DNA of 64,000 bases from positions 96,001-160,000 of the forward strand of contig JBHLLT010000001.1 in the NCBI GenBank assembly GCA_048938855.1, in the 5' to 3' direction. Positions 39,321 through 49,185 of the stretch are shown piece after piece. The translations under genes and the position numbers were made by a program. This DNA is from Promethearchaeota archaeon (lineage in GTDB: Archaea; Asgardarchaeota; Lokiarchaeia; Sigyniarchaeales; SOKP01). The notes beneath the pieces were generated by a model. It was not told where the DNA came from. It worked only from the letters and a program-made list of their open reading frames with translations, and made no database searches. Numbering within the stretch: position 1 is the stretch's first letter; each line of letters starts with the position of its first letter.

Positions 39321-40404
39321 GATAATTTAAAAAATTAACTCCGGTATTTTCAATAGAATATTCATTTTTAATGTAGTCTACAGTATTTTTTGGTTTTGAA
39401 AAGTCTCCATCCCTTACCAATTTCATTTTATTCACGAGATCATTAACATCTCCAGTTTTAAAATATAATGGATAATCTCTTAATATTTCTCGATGTACAT
39501 AAGTATCAGATGCTATTACAGGTTTGTCTAGATATAGTGCCTCTACAGGTGTTAATCCAAATCCCTCAAAACTTGATGGATCCACGTAAATTCTTGATTG
39601 AGCAATTGCTTTCAAAGCTTCTTTATGGGATAAGGGATAATGATCACAATTCAATTTTAAATTTTTATCATGGTGACGCCCTATAACTACTATTTTTAAT
39701 CCCAGCTTTTTTGCAGCTTCAACAAATATTTTTTGGTGTTTATGTGGAGTAATTCTACTTACATTTATCGCATCGTATTTTATTTTTAGATCTTTTGGGA
39801 TGCTACTTAAAAGATCTGAATCAACACATAAATGCCAGACTTTACTGTCGATATTTAGATATGTTTTAAGACATATTTGTGTAAATTTTGAAATCGATAA
39901 GTTCAAATCTGATTTTTTTAGGAAGTTACGATAATTTTTATAGTAAGTTATTTTATTGTAAGGATTCAAATTGATTTTACTGTATAAACTCAATGAGTTA
40001 GATTTATTATTTTTTCCTATGCCCTTCTTTTGGTTATTGGCTTCTCTTTTTTTATATATAAACTTTTTAAAGATATCAAATATCTTCTTAATTTGATTAT
40101 TATTATGAATATGATAATAGATTAAGTGGTATAAAAGTTGTTTTCCATACCACCAGGGTTTATTATATTTGTATTGATTAGTTAAATGATGCGGTGGAAT
40201 ATCAAGGATAATATTTACAACTTTGATATTATTTTTTTTAATAAGTTTCCAGACTTTTAGTACCTTGTACATGTGAGAAACACTCTCACATATAACAACA
40301 TCGACATCAGTAGAAAAGTGATTAAGAAGAACATTATGGTTATTATTTTCAAGATAATTTATTAACGGTCTAAGATACTGTGCGCTAAATAATGTGATTT
40401 TCAT
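39280..40404 (-). CDS. Glycosyltransferase family 4
   Basis: SRITPHK, PSSFEGFGLTPVEA, PVIASD. Confidence 0.85.
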   Translation of the reverse strand: MKITLFSAQYLRPLINYLENNNHNVLLNHFSTDVDVVICESVSHMYKVLKVWKLIKKNNIKVVNIILDIPPHHLTNQYKYNKPWWYGKQLLYHLIYYHIHNNNQIKKIFDIFKKFIYKKREANNQKKGIGKNNKSNSLSLYSKINLNPYNKITYYKNYRNFLKKSDLNLSISKFTQICLKTYLNIDSKVWHLCVDSDLLSSIPKDLKIKYDAINVSRITPHKHQKIFVEAAKKLGLKIVVIGRHHDKNLKLNCDHYPLSHKEALKAIAQSRIYVDPSSFEGFGLTPVEALYLDKPVIASDTYVHREILRDYPLYFKTGDVNDLVNKMKLVRDGDFSKPKNTVDYIKNEYSIENTGVNFLNYLESCFENNKRKNK

Positions 40405-40601
40405 AATTACAGTATTATATTTTTTAGTGCTTATTTTTTCATAAGGATAAAAACTCCAATCAATATACTCAAATGAGTATAATAACTGATAAATTTTTGG
40501 GAATATTAAAGAGCTCTTAAATAAAATAGAAGGATAATCTCAAATTGATAAAGTTTTTTATCTTTCTTATTTTAATTAATACTAATTATTAAAGGGAATG
40601 A

Positions 40602-41669
40602 ATGGGATTGACCAGAGTATTAGTGACAGGTGGAGGGGGCTTTATTGGTTCACATTTAGCAGAATTTTATGCTAATCAAAATGATATTGATGAGATTACA
40701 GTTATAGATAACCTTTCTAGATCAATATTATTAAATAAAGAAATCAAAAGTTTAAGATACAATTGGGATTATCTACATAAATACAAAAATATAAAATTTA
40801 TTGAAAAGGATATAACTGATTTTGAATTTTTAAAAAAGTTATTAGATGTTAATTCTTTTGACTATATATTTCATACAGCTGCTCAAACAGCCGTAACAAC
40901 TTCTATTATTAAACCAATTCCAGATTTTAGAAATAATGTCATAGGAACTTTTAACTTGCTTGAATCCATAAGACTATCCAAACAGGACCCATGTGTAGTC
41001 TTATGTTCAACAAATAAAGTCTTTGGTAATAATGTAAATAATTGTGAAATAATAGAAAATGAATCTAGATATTCCTTTACTGAGGATAACCGCTATGGGA
41101 TTTCTGAAGAGTTTCCTATTGATTTATGTGAACATACGCCTTATGGAACTTCAAAACTGTGTTCTGATCTTTATTTTCAGGAGTATGGTCATCTTTATGG
41201 GATGAAAACAGCTGTTTTTCGTATGTCTTGCATTTATGGAACCAGGCAGTTTGGAATAGAAGATCAAGGGTGGATTGCACATTTTATTATTTCAGCAATA
41301 TTGGGAAAGCAAATTACGATTTATGGTGATGGTAAACAAATAAGAGATATCTTACATGTATCTGATTTAATACAAGCATTTAATTCCTTTGCACAAAAAG
41401 CAAAATCTATTAAACACGAAGTTTTTTGTATGGGAGGAGGATCAGAAAATACTCTTTCCCTTTTAGAGCTTATTGAGATTCTAAAACAAGAGCTAAAAAT
41501 GAATATTTCTTATGATTTTGGGGAATGGAGGTCAAGTGATCAGAAAGTCTATATTTCTGATATTAGAAAAGCTAAAAGAATTCTAGACTGGAGCCCTAAA
41601 ATGTCTGTTAATGAGGGAATTAAAGAATTGATTAATTGGGTCAAATTTAACAAAAAATTGTTCTCATAG
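40602..41669 (+). CDS. NAD-dependent epimerase, CDP-paratose 2-epimerase (RfbE)-like
   Basis: GGGGFIG, AQTAVTTS, STNKVFG, PYGTSK, FRMSCIYGTRQFGIEDQGW. Confidence 0.85.
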   Translation: MGLTRVLVTGGGGFIGSHLAEFYANQNDIDEITVIDNLSRSILLNKEIKSLRYNWDYLHKYKNIKFIEKDITDFEFLKKLLDVNSFDYIFHTAAQTAVTTSIIKPIPDFRNNVIGTFNLLESIRLSKQDPCVVLCSTNKVFGNNVNNCEIIENESRYSFTEDNRYGISEEFPIDLCEHTPYGTSKLCSDLYFQEYGHLYGMKTAVFRMSCIYGTRQFGIEDQGWIAHFIISAILGKQITIYGDGKQIRDILHVSDLIQAFNSFAQKAKSIKHEVFCMGGGSENTLSLLELIEILKQELKMNISYDFGEWRSSDQKVYISDIRKAKRILDWSPKMSVNEGIKELINWVKFNKKLFS

Positions 41670-41688
41670 ATTTAATCAAAAATATAAG

Positions 41689-42450
41689 CTATTTTTTTAA
41701 AATCCCAATACCTCCAGCCTTTTGATTTCTATCCTCAATTATTTCCTCGAAATCAAAATTTTTTTTAATAGTTTCCCAAAATTTATATACATTTTCTCCG
41801 TGTGGAGTAGGTACAATATCATGGAAAGCAATTAGTCCACCCTTTTTTAAAAGGGGACTATACATTTCAAAATCTTTCTTAACTCCATTAAAGGAGTGAT
41901 CTGCATCTATAAATATAAAATCCAATTTCTTACCCTTTAAAATTTGTTTTATGCGATGTAATGTTGTATTATCATGAGAATCCGCCCTTATTAATTCTAA
42001 TCTTTGATTTACATGCGAGAATTGTTTAATTATATGGATTCTCCAGTCAGAATAAACTCTCCATTTAGAGCCTGGACCTCCAATTTTACCTTTGGGTAAA
42101 TCTATACTTAATAACAACGCATCATTTCTAGCAATTCTTGAAAATAAAAAGAGTGTTCCTCCATCTAAAGTGCCTATTTCGAGTATATATTTTGGATTAC
42201 TTTTTTTGACCATTTTTAATAATTGAATGATTTCGGATCTAGTCTGTTGCAAATTTAAAATTTTTTTTTTCTTTTGCAATAAAGTGAAATCAACTAAATC
42301 ATCAATTTTATAATTTCTAAGAGATATATTCTTTATTCTAATAACAAGTTTAAAGAGGCTTAAAATTCTCAAAAAAATAATTATTGGATTTCTAACTTGG
42401 TTTTGTATAAAGTCTTTAATTCTGGAAAATAAATTTAACATGATTAACAA
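41689..42450 (-). CDS. Class I SAM-dependent methyltransferase (Methyltransf_24-like)
   Basis: LEIGTLDGG, DFIFIDADH, GGLIAFHD. Confidence 0.85.
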   Translation of the reverse strand: MLIMLNLFSRIKDFIQNQVRNPIIIFLRILSLFKLVIRIKNISLRNYKIDDLVDFTLLQKKKKILNLQQTRSEIIQLLKMVKKSNPKYILEIGTLDGGTLFLFSRIARNDALLLSIDLPKGKIGGPGSKWRVYSDWRIHIIKQFSHVNQRLELIRADSHDNTTLHRIKQILKGKKLDFIFIDADHSFNGVKKDFEMYSPLLKKGGLIAFHDIVPTPHGENVYKFWETIKKNFDFEEIIEDRNQKAGGIGILKK

Positions 42451-42454
42451 TAGG

Positions 42455-43729
42455 TTATTTATTTTGCCTTATCGTTTTTTTAAATAAATTGATATATTCA
42501 TTTATTAAGGATTCCCAATTAAAATCATTTATAACTCTTTTGTAGCCATACTCCCCCATTTTGTTTCGTTCTTCTTCATGTTCATACAAATAGATAATTG
42601 CTTCTACTAATTCAGTCAAATCGTTTGGTTTTATTAATAATCCAGATTTTTTATGTTCAATTGCCTCAGTTATTCCTCCAGACATTGTTCCTATTACAGG
42701 TATTTTAAAAAAATTAGCTTCCAAAAATACAATCCCAAATCCCTCAATAGTTTTATTTGTTGAAATGGAAGGTGTAACAAAAATATCTGAAGCTTTTAGA
42801 TATTTATTTTTCATTTTATCATCGACAGCCCCGATGAATATTACTTCTTCTTCTAATCTCAATTTTTTTGTTAAATCTTTTAAATTCTGAGTTTCTGGTC
42901 CTTCACCTAGTAAAAAGTATTTTATATTCAAGTGGGGATATATCTCCTTTATTTTCTTCATTGCTTTTATAACAATTTGGAAGTTTTTTCTTGTAGCATG
43001 ACGACCAACACTAATTAAAACAAATTCATTATCAGGAATATTTAAAGCTTCCCTAAGTTCCTTTTTACCCTCTTTCAAAACAAAATCTGATGGATAAAGC
43101 CCACGGTGAATTATAGTTAATTTATCATCAGTCAAATGATTAACCCTTTTAATTAGATCTTTCATTTTATTACAACTTAAAACAATACGATCAAATGATC
43201 TTAAATAGTAAGTTTTTAGTGAATAGCGTGAGCGTACAAGTATATCATCACCATGACCCCAACAAATGCATTTTTTTTTTATCACCCTTGATAAAATATA
43301 TCCTAATGGCATAATAATATTGCCACATGCACTTACAAGCACTAAATCAGGATTAATTGTTTTGATATATGGATTGATTAAAGATAGGTTTTTAACAATA
43401 TGTATAAGAACATGAGGTTTAATTAGAAGATATAAAACCATGTTAAGTCTGAAATAAAATTTTACTTCTTTATCTAAGGTAATTTTCCAGAAAGAACGGA
43501 TTAAGAATAATAAGAAGGATTTTTTTTTACACAGAAGAAGTAAATCCTTAAAATTATATCTTTTTTTACTTTTATGCAAAATATTGAAAATATTTTTTCC
43601 TTTGTAATTATAATTAAAGATATAGAGTTTTTCTTGCCTCCCTTTAAAAGCTTTACACATATTTGTAAAGGTTTTTGCCACTCCTCCATGTGTGGGATAA
43701 AATTCATTTGTAATTAAGCAAAGTTTCAT
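42455..43729 (-). CDS. Glycosyltransferase family 4 (paralog of 29629-30888)
   Basis: YPTHGGV, RKNFQ, EGFGIVFLEANFFK, GGITEAI. Confidence 0.9.
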   Translation of the reverse strand: MKLCLITNEFYPTHGGVAKTFTNMCKAFKGRQEKLYIFNYNYKGKNIFNILHKSKKRYNFKDLLLLCKKKSFLLFLIRSFWKITLDKEVKFYFRLNMVLYLLIKPHVLIHIVKNLSLINPYIKTINPDLVLVSACGNIIMPLGYILSRVIKKKCICWGHGDDILVRSRYSLKTYYLRSFDRIVLSCNKMKDLIKRVNHLTDDKLTIIHRGLYPSDFVLKEGKKELREALNIPDNEFVLISVGRHATRKNFQIVIKAMKKIKEIYPHLNIKYFLLGEGPETQNLKDLTKKLRLEEEVIFIGAVDDKMKNKYLKASDIFVTPSISTNKTIEGFGIVFLEANFFKIPVIGTMSGGITEAIEHKKSGLLIKPNDLTELVEAIIYLYEHEEERNKMGEYGYKRVINDFNWESLINEYINLFKKTIRQNK

Positions 43730-43918
43730 ATAGTCAGTAAAGCATCTCTATTACAATTAATAGTTTTAAGTAAATTAATAGGAACTATCTAAAAAACATT
43801 ATGTAGGGAAGGTAATATAATGCTTGCCTTAAACAAAACTTTTAATATTTCCCTATAATTATGGGTCATTACATAACATTAAATATAATGAAATATTATT
43901 GATGATAAATATCTTAAC

Positions 43919-44170
43919 ATGGTAATTTTAATGTCCGAAGATGAATATAAAGTAGAATATACTACGGTTTCAATTCCAAAACCTTTAGCCGAAAAAATAA
44001 AAGAGAGAATGAGAGGTACAGGTTTTGCGTCTGTATCAAGCTATGTTACATATGTATTAAGACAAGTGTTATCGTCTATAGAAGAAGAAGAGAGATCAAA
44101 ACAAGCATTTAGTAAAGAAGAAGAAGAAAAAGTTAAACAACGGTTAAGAGATTTAGGATATATTGATTAG
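43919..44170 (+). CDS. Ribbon-helix-helix (CopG-like) protein with C-terminal RLRDLGY tail
   Basis: YTTVSIPKPLAEKIKERM..GFASVSSYVTYVLR (RHH), then FSKEEEEKVKQRLRDLGYID; likely start at 43931. Confidence 0.85.
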   Translation: MVILMSEDEYKVEYTTVSIPKPLAEKIKERMRGTGFASVSSYVTYVLRQVLSSIEEEERSKQAFSKEEEEKVKQRLRDLGYID

Positions 44171-44224
44171 AAATGAAAAATTTTCAAAATGAGACTTTTT
44201 AATTAGAAGAGGTTATGAGCTTAA

Positions 44225-45373
44225 ATGATAAAACCACATGGTGGAACACTGATTAATAAGGAGTTACCCAGAATTGAAAAGGATCGGATAATGGAAGAAA
44301 TCGATGAATTTGAGAAAATTGCTGTTAAACCAGAGACACTTAAAGTAATCAAAAACATTGCTTTTGGAGTTTTTAGTCCCTTAGAAGGATTCATGAATGA
44401 AAATGATTATCATTATGTATTAGATACAATGTACTTGGAGAATAATATTGCTTGGCCCTTTCCAATTACGCTTGATGTCTCAGAGGAAGAAATTCAAAAT
44501 TTAAAACCTGATGATAAAATTATTCTGACAAACGATGCTGATTTTCCAATTGCATTAATGAGTATTGAATCAATTTATCATTACGATAAGAACCAATATG
44601 CTGAAAAGACTTATGGGACATTGGATAAGAATCACCCTGGAGTAACGAATGTTTTTAATTACAAACAACTCCTTATAGGAGGAGAAATATTCTTAATTAA
44701 CGAGCCTAGACCAATTTTCCCAGATTTAGATCTAAAGGCTGTTGAAACAAGAGTACTTTTTAAAGAAAAGGGTTGGGATAGGGTTGTAGCATTTCAAACT
44801 AGAAATCCTCCTCATTTAGGTCATGAATATGTTCAAAAAGCAGGATTGACATATGTAGATGGCCTATTTATCAATCCTGTTATTGGAAAGAAAAAAAAAG
44901 GCGATTTCTTAGATATTGTAATTATTGAAGCATACTTGTCACTTATAAAAGAATATTATCCTAAAAATAGAGTGGTGTTAAGCACATTTGAAACTGAAAT
45001 GAGATATGCAGGACCAAAAGAAGCTATTTTTCATGCTATAACACGAAAGAATTTTGGTTGCGATCATATAATAATAGGACGAGATCATGCGGGAGTTGGT
45101 AATTATTATGGGCCTTATGATGCTCATGATATATTCGATAAATTCCCTGATTTAGGTATTGAACCAATTAAATTCAGATCATTCTCAAAGTGTAGTAAAT
45201 GTAATGCCGTAGTTAATGATAAAATTTGTCCGCATCCACCTGAAATGCAAAATTATTTTGCAGGAAGAGAAATTAGAGCCGCATTACAGGCAGGAAAACC
45301 ACCTAGCATCGAAGTTATGCGCCCTGAAGTCGCAGAAGTTATTTTAAAATATAAAAACCCATTCGTAGAATAA
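44225..45373 (+). CDS. sat: Sulfate adenylyltransferase (ATP sulfurylase)
   Basis: PHGG, FSPLEGFM, AFQTRNPPHLGHE, MRYAGPKEA, GRDHAGVG, RPEV. Confidence 0.97.
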   Translation: MIKPHGGTLINKELPRIEKDRIMEEIDEFEKIAVKPETLKVIKNIAFGVFSPLEGFMNENDYHYVLDTMYLENNIAWPFPITLDVSEEEIQNLKPDDKIILTNDADFPIALMSIESIYHYDKNQYAEKTYGTLDKNHPGVTNVFNYKQLLIGGEIFLINEPRPIFPDLDLKAVETRVLFKEKGWDRVVAFQTRNPPHLGHEYVQKAGLTYVDGLFINPVIGKKKKGDFLDIVIIEAYLSLIKEYYPKNRVVLSTFETEMRYAGPKEAIFHAITRKNFGCDHIIIGRDHAGVGNYYGPYDAHDIFDKFPDLGIEPIKFRSFSKCSKCNAVVNDKICPHPPEMQNYFAGREIRAALQAGKPPSIEVMRPEVAEVILKYKNPFVE

Positions 45374-45409
45374 ATTATACTGAAAATACAATTCAAATGT
45401 TGAATTTTT

Positions 45410-46792
45410 GTGAATAAAAAAAGATTGGTCATAATTGGTCTAGACTGTGCCACCCCTAGAACTCTTTTTGAAGATTTTATTAATGATTGCCCTAACATAA
45501 AAAGACTGATAGAATCAGGGGTTTATGGAAAACTGAGAACTTGTGATCCCCCTATAACGATACCAGCATGGATGGTAATGGCAACAGGAAAAAAAGCAGG
45601 TACTTTGGGATTATACGGTTTTAGACATAGAAAGATAAATACTTATAACGATTTCTGGATAGCCTCCTCCTACAACATAAAAGAACCAAAAGTTTGGGAT
45701 ATTATTGCTAAAAAGGGATTAAAGTCATGTGTTTTAGGATTACCACCAACTTATCCACCCCAAAAAATAAATGGATGCCTAGTATCAGGATTTATTACTC
45801 CCGACAGTAAGGCAGAATTTACATATCCCCCAGAACTTAAAGAAGAGATTTTAAAAAATATAGGAGAATATTTGTTTGATGTCAATTTTAGGGTTGAAAA
45901 TAAAGAGATTTTATTGGAAGAAATCTATAAAATGAGTAAAATTCAATTTAAGACAATAAAATTTCTAATACAAAATAAAGAATGGGATTATTTTAAATTT
46001 GTAATCATTGGATTAGATAGATTCCACCATGCATTTTGGAAATACTATGATAAAAAACACCATAAATATGAACCAAATAATCCTTTCGAATTTGAAATGA
46101 AAAAATATTATAAATATTTAGATAAAGAAGTAGGTGAACTCTTAGAGATATTGGATGATGATACGGTTATAATGATTGTTTCAGATCATGGCGCAAAAGC
46201 AATGAAAGGTTTAATTTGTGTGAATATGGCACTTGAAGACTTAGGTCTTCTGAAATTTAAAACAAAACCAAGACCTAGAACCAGAATTGGAGAGGCAGAC
46301 ATTGACTGGGAGAATACCTATGCTTGGGGTTGGGGTGGATATTATGCGCGGATATTTTTAAATTTGAAAGGTAGAGAACCAAATGGAATAATAGAAAAAG
46401 AAGACTATGAAAAAATTCGAGATGAAATTATAGATAAAATAAAATCTATTAAAGATCACAAGGGTAACAAAATGAATACCAAGATATACAAACCTGAAGA
46501 TATCTTTGAGATTATTCGGGGAGATACTCCTGATTTAATGGTATATTTTGATGATTTAAATTGGAGATCTGCGGGAACCGTGGGATATGATTCAATGTAT
46601 TTAGATGAAAATGATACAGGTCCTGATGATGCAGTTCATGATTGGTATGGTGTATATTTGATTTATGATCCAAAAAAAAAAATAGGTAAAAATTTAGGAG
46701 TAAAAAGCATTCTCGATATAGCACCTACTTCACTTAATATTTTGGGAATAGATATTCCTTTTGACATGGAGGGCAAAATTATTAAATTTTAA
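45410..46792 (+). CDS. Nucleotide pyrophosphatase/phosphodiesterase-like alkaline phosphatase family protein
   Basis: IGLDCA, PPITIPAW (Thr nucleophile), DRFHHAFW, VSDHG, ENDTGPDDAVH. Confidence 0.88.
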   Translation: MNKKRLVIIGLDCATPRTLFEDFINDCPNIKRLIESGVYGKLRTCDPPITIPAWMVMATGKKAGTLGLYGFRHRKINTYNDFWIASSYNIKEPKVWDIIAKKGLKSCVLGLPPTYPPQKINGCLVSGFITPDSKAEFTYPPELKEEILKNIGEYLFDVNFRVENKEILLEEIYKMSKIQFKTIKFLIQNKEWDYFKFVIIGLDRFHHAFWKYYDKKHHKYEPNNPFEFEMKKYYKYLDKEVGELLEILDDDTVIMIVSDHGAKAMKGLICVNMALEDLGLLKFKTKPRPRTRIGEADIDWENTYAWGWGGYYARIFLNLKGREPNGIIEKEDYEKIRDEIIDKIKSIKDHKGNKMNTKIYKPEDIFEIIRGDTPDLMVYFDDLNWRSAGTVGYDSMYLDENDTGPDDAVHDWYGVYLIYDPKKKIGKNLGVKSILDIAPTSLNILGIDIPFDMEGKIIKF

Positions 46793-46812
46793 TAAAAAAG
46801 GTTAAAAAAAAA

Positions 46813-47355
46813 ATGGAGCATAAAGGATTTACATTATGGTTTACTGGACTTCCATGTTCAGGTAAAACTGTACTAGCAAACTCAGTTGCGGAGGACTTGA
46901 AAAGAAGAGGAATGAAAGTAGAGCGCCTTGATGGTGATATAGTAAGAAAGAGCTTAACTAAAGATTTAGGCTTTAGTGAAGAAGATAGAAATATGAACAT
47001 TGAAAGGGTAACATTTGTAGCTAAATTATTAACTCGAAATGGTGTTGCTGTGCTAGCTTCTTTTGTATCACCATATAATAAGATAAGAGCATATTCGCGT
47101 AAAGAGATTGGAGAATACATTCTTGTGTATGTAAAATGTTCGTTAGAAGAATGTGAAAATAGAGATGTAAAAGGGATGTATGCAAAGGCACGAGCAGGAG
47201 AAATAAAAGATTTCACAGGAATTGATCATCCTTTTGAAGAACCTGATCAAGTTGAGATTGTAGTAGAAACTGATAAACAAACAGTTGAAGAAAGTAAAGA
47301 AGTTGTTTTGAAAGCTTTAGCAAAACTAGGGTATCTTCCTAATCAACATAAATAA
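46813..47355 (+). CDS. cysC: Adenylyl-sulfate (APS) kinase
   Basis: WFTGLPCSGKT, LDGDIVR, SFVSPY, RDVKGMY, FTGIDHPFEEP. Confidence 0.96.
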   Translation: MEHKGFTLWFTGLPCSGKTVLANSVAEDLKRRGMKVERLDGDIVRKSLTKDLGFSEEDRNMNIERVTFVAKLLTRNGVAVLASFVSPYNKIRAYSRKEIGEYILVYVKCSLEECENRDVKGMYAKARAGEIKDFTGIDHPFEEPDQVEIVVETDKQTVEESKEVVLKALAKLGYLPNQHK

Positions 47356-47377
47356 TGAATATCAAGTAATCAAATTA

Positions 47378-48304
47378 TCAATTAATTAATTTTTTTATTT
47401 GTTCTAAAATTTCTTTTTGATTTATATTATAAGCATCCAATAGTTTCTCTCTTCTTCCGGATTCTCCAAATGAATTATTTATTCCAATAAATTTCATCGG
47501 AATTGGATGATTTTTAGAGATAATTCGTGCAATTATACTTCCAAACCCACAATAGACATTATGTTCTTCTATAACTATAATCCCATTAGAGTCTACTACC
47601 TCCTCCAACAGAGATTTATTGTCTATAGGTTTAACAGTAGGAAGATTGATAACTTTAATAGAGAGATTTAACTCTTTTTCGATGGATATCGCAGAATTGA
47701 TAGCTAATATACTACCATATCCGGTTCCTATTAAACATATATCTTTTCCTTCCTTTAATATATCTGGTTTTCCAAATTTAAAAATATAATCATCCTTATG
47801 AATTTTAGGAAATGCACCTCTGGGCAATCTTACATAAAATGGTCCATTTGTATTAATAGTATATTCTAGTATTTTTTCAAGTTCAATATTATCTGAAGGA
47901 ACTAAGACGTTTAAATTTGGTAAAATAGCCATTAGACTGAGATCCTCTAATGCATTATGAGTGCTACCATCCTCTCCAACTAAACCAGCATGGGTTGTAA
48001 TTATTTTTACATTCAAATTATCATGACAAGCAAATCTTATGAATTCCCATGCTCTTCCAGTTGTAAATATAGAAAAACCACTTACTACGGGAATTTTTCC
48101 AGAAATTGAAAATCCTAATGCAGTACCCAACATATTTTGTTCTGCAATTCCCATATCGAAGAATCGATTTGGGAAGGTTTTAGCAAATTTAAATGTTTTT
48201 GTAGATAATGATAAATCGGCATCCAAAACAACAATATTCTCATTTTTGTGACCTAATTCCACTAAGAAGTCCCCGAAAGTATCTCTAAGAGCTTGTTCTT
48301 TCAT
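47378..48304 (-). CDS. Transketolase, C-terminal (pyrimidine-binding) subunit
   Basis: DADLSLST, GIAEQNM, GEDGSTH, IEEH; likely start MKEQ at 48304. Confidence 0.92.
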   Translation of the reverse strand: MKEQALRDTFGDFLVELGHKNENIVVLDADLSLSTKTFKFAKTFPNRFFDMGIAEQNMLGTALGFSISGKIPVVSGFSIFTTGRAWEFIRFACHDNLNVKIITTHAGLVGEDGSTHNALEDLSLMAILPNLNVLVPSDNIELEKILEYTINTNGPFYVRLPRGAFPKIHKDDYIFKFGKPDILKEGKDICLIGTGYGSILAINSAISIEKELNLSIKVINLPTVKPIDNKSLLEEVVDSNGIIVIEEHNVYCGFGSIIARIISKNHPIPMKFIGINNSFGESGRREKLLDAYNINQKEILEQIKKLIN

Positions 48305-48308
48305 CGAG

Positions 48309-49163
48309 CTACACACCTTTTAATATTTCTTCTTCTATATCTTCGAGTTCTTTAAGAGCTAAGTTGTATTCATCTTTATTTGGGGCACGCCCATGATATT
48401 CTCTTGTGTGTTGCATAAAAGAAACATCAGCTCCTTTGATTAGATAAGAGATGATAACTTTAGGTTTTCCAATAACTGATTTAATTTTTTCAAATCCATG
48501 TAGAGTTTCTGTTAAGCTTGAGCCATTTACTTCAATAACTTCCCAGCCAAATGCTTTCCATTTATGTACTAAAGGTTCTAATGCCATAATTTGTTCTGTA
48601 GACCCATCAATTTGAATCCCATTGCGATCTACTATTGCAATTAGATTATCTAATTTATAGTGACTAGCAGACATGGCTGCTTCCCAAATGACCCCTTCAT
48701 TTAACTCTCCATCTCCTAACAAAACATAAATATTTCTTTTTATATTATCCAATTTGGCACTTAAAGCACATCCAATCCCAATAGATAATCCCATTCCTAA
48801 AGAGCCCGTTGATATTTCTATTCCAATTTCAGGATTTTTAACAGGATGACCTTGTAATTTTGAACCAAATTTTCTTAAAGTAAATAAATCATCCTTTTCA
48901 ATAAAACCGATACTGGATAAAACGGCATATAGCGCTGGTGCCGCATGTCCTTTACTTAAAATAAAAATATCTCGTTCTTCCCATGTTGGATCATCAAAAT
49001 TAATTTTCATAATATGGTTATAGAGGAGATAAATTATATTAGCACATGATAATGAACCACCTGGATGCCCCGATTGGGCCTCATATATCATCCTTAAGAT
49101 GTTTTTTTTAATTTCTATAATATCTATTAGGATTTTTTGTTCTTGGTCCTTAGATAATTCCAT
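48309..49163 (-). CDS. Transketolase, N-terminal (TPP-binding) subunit
   Basis: SGHPGGSLS, LSKGHAAP, LQGHP, STGSLG, GDGELNEG. Confidence 0.94.
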   Translation of the reverse strand: MELSKDQEQKILIDIIEIKKNILRMIYEAQSGHPGGSLSCANIIYLLYNHIMKINFDDPTWEERDIFILSKGHAAPALYAVLSSIGFIEKDDLFTLRKFGSKLQGHPVKNPEIGIEISTGSLGMGLSIGIGCALSAKLDNIKRNIYVLLGDGELNEGVIWEAAMSASHYKLDNLIAIVDRNGIQIDGSTEQIMALEPLVHKWKAFGWEVIEVNGSSLTETLHGFEKIKSVIGKPKVIISYLIKGADVSFMQHTREYHGRAPNKDEYNLALKELEDIEEEILKGV

Positions 49164-49185
49164 TCTAACACTTAGAGTGTGTAAA

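Noticed and set aside
44225-47355. Sulfate reduction pathway
   Set aside because: No aprAB, dsr, cysH or sulfite reductase in the window; the context points to PAPS for sulfation.
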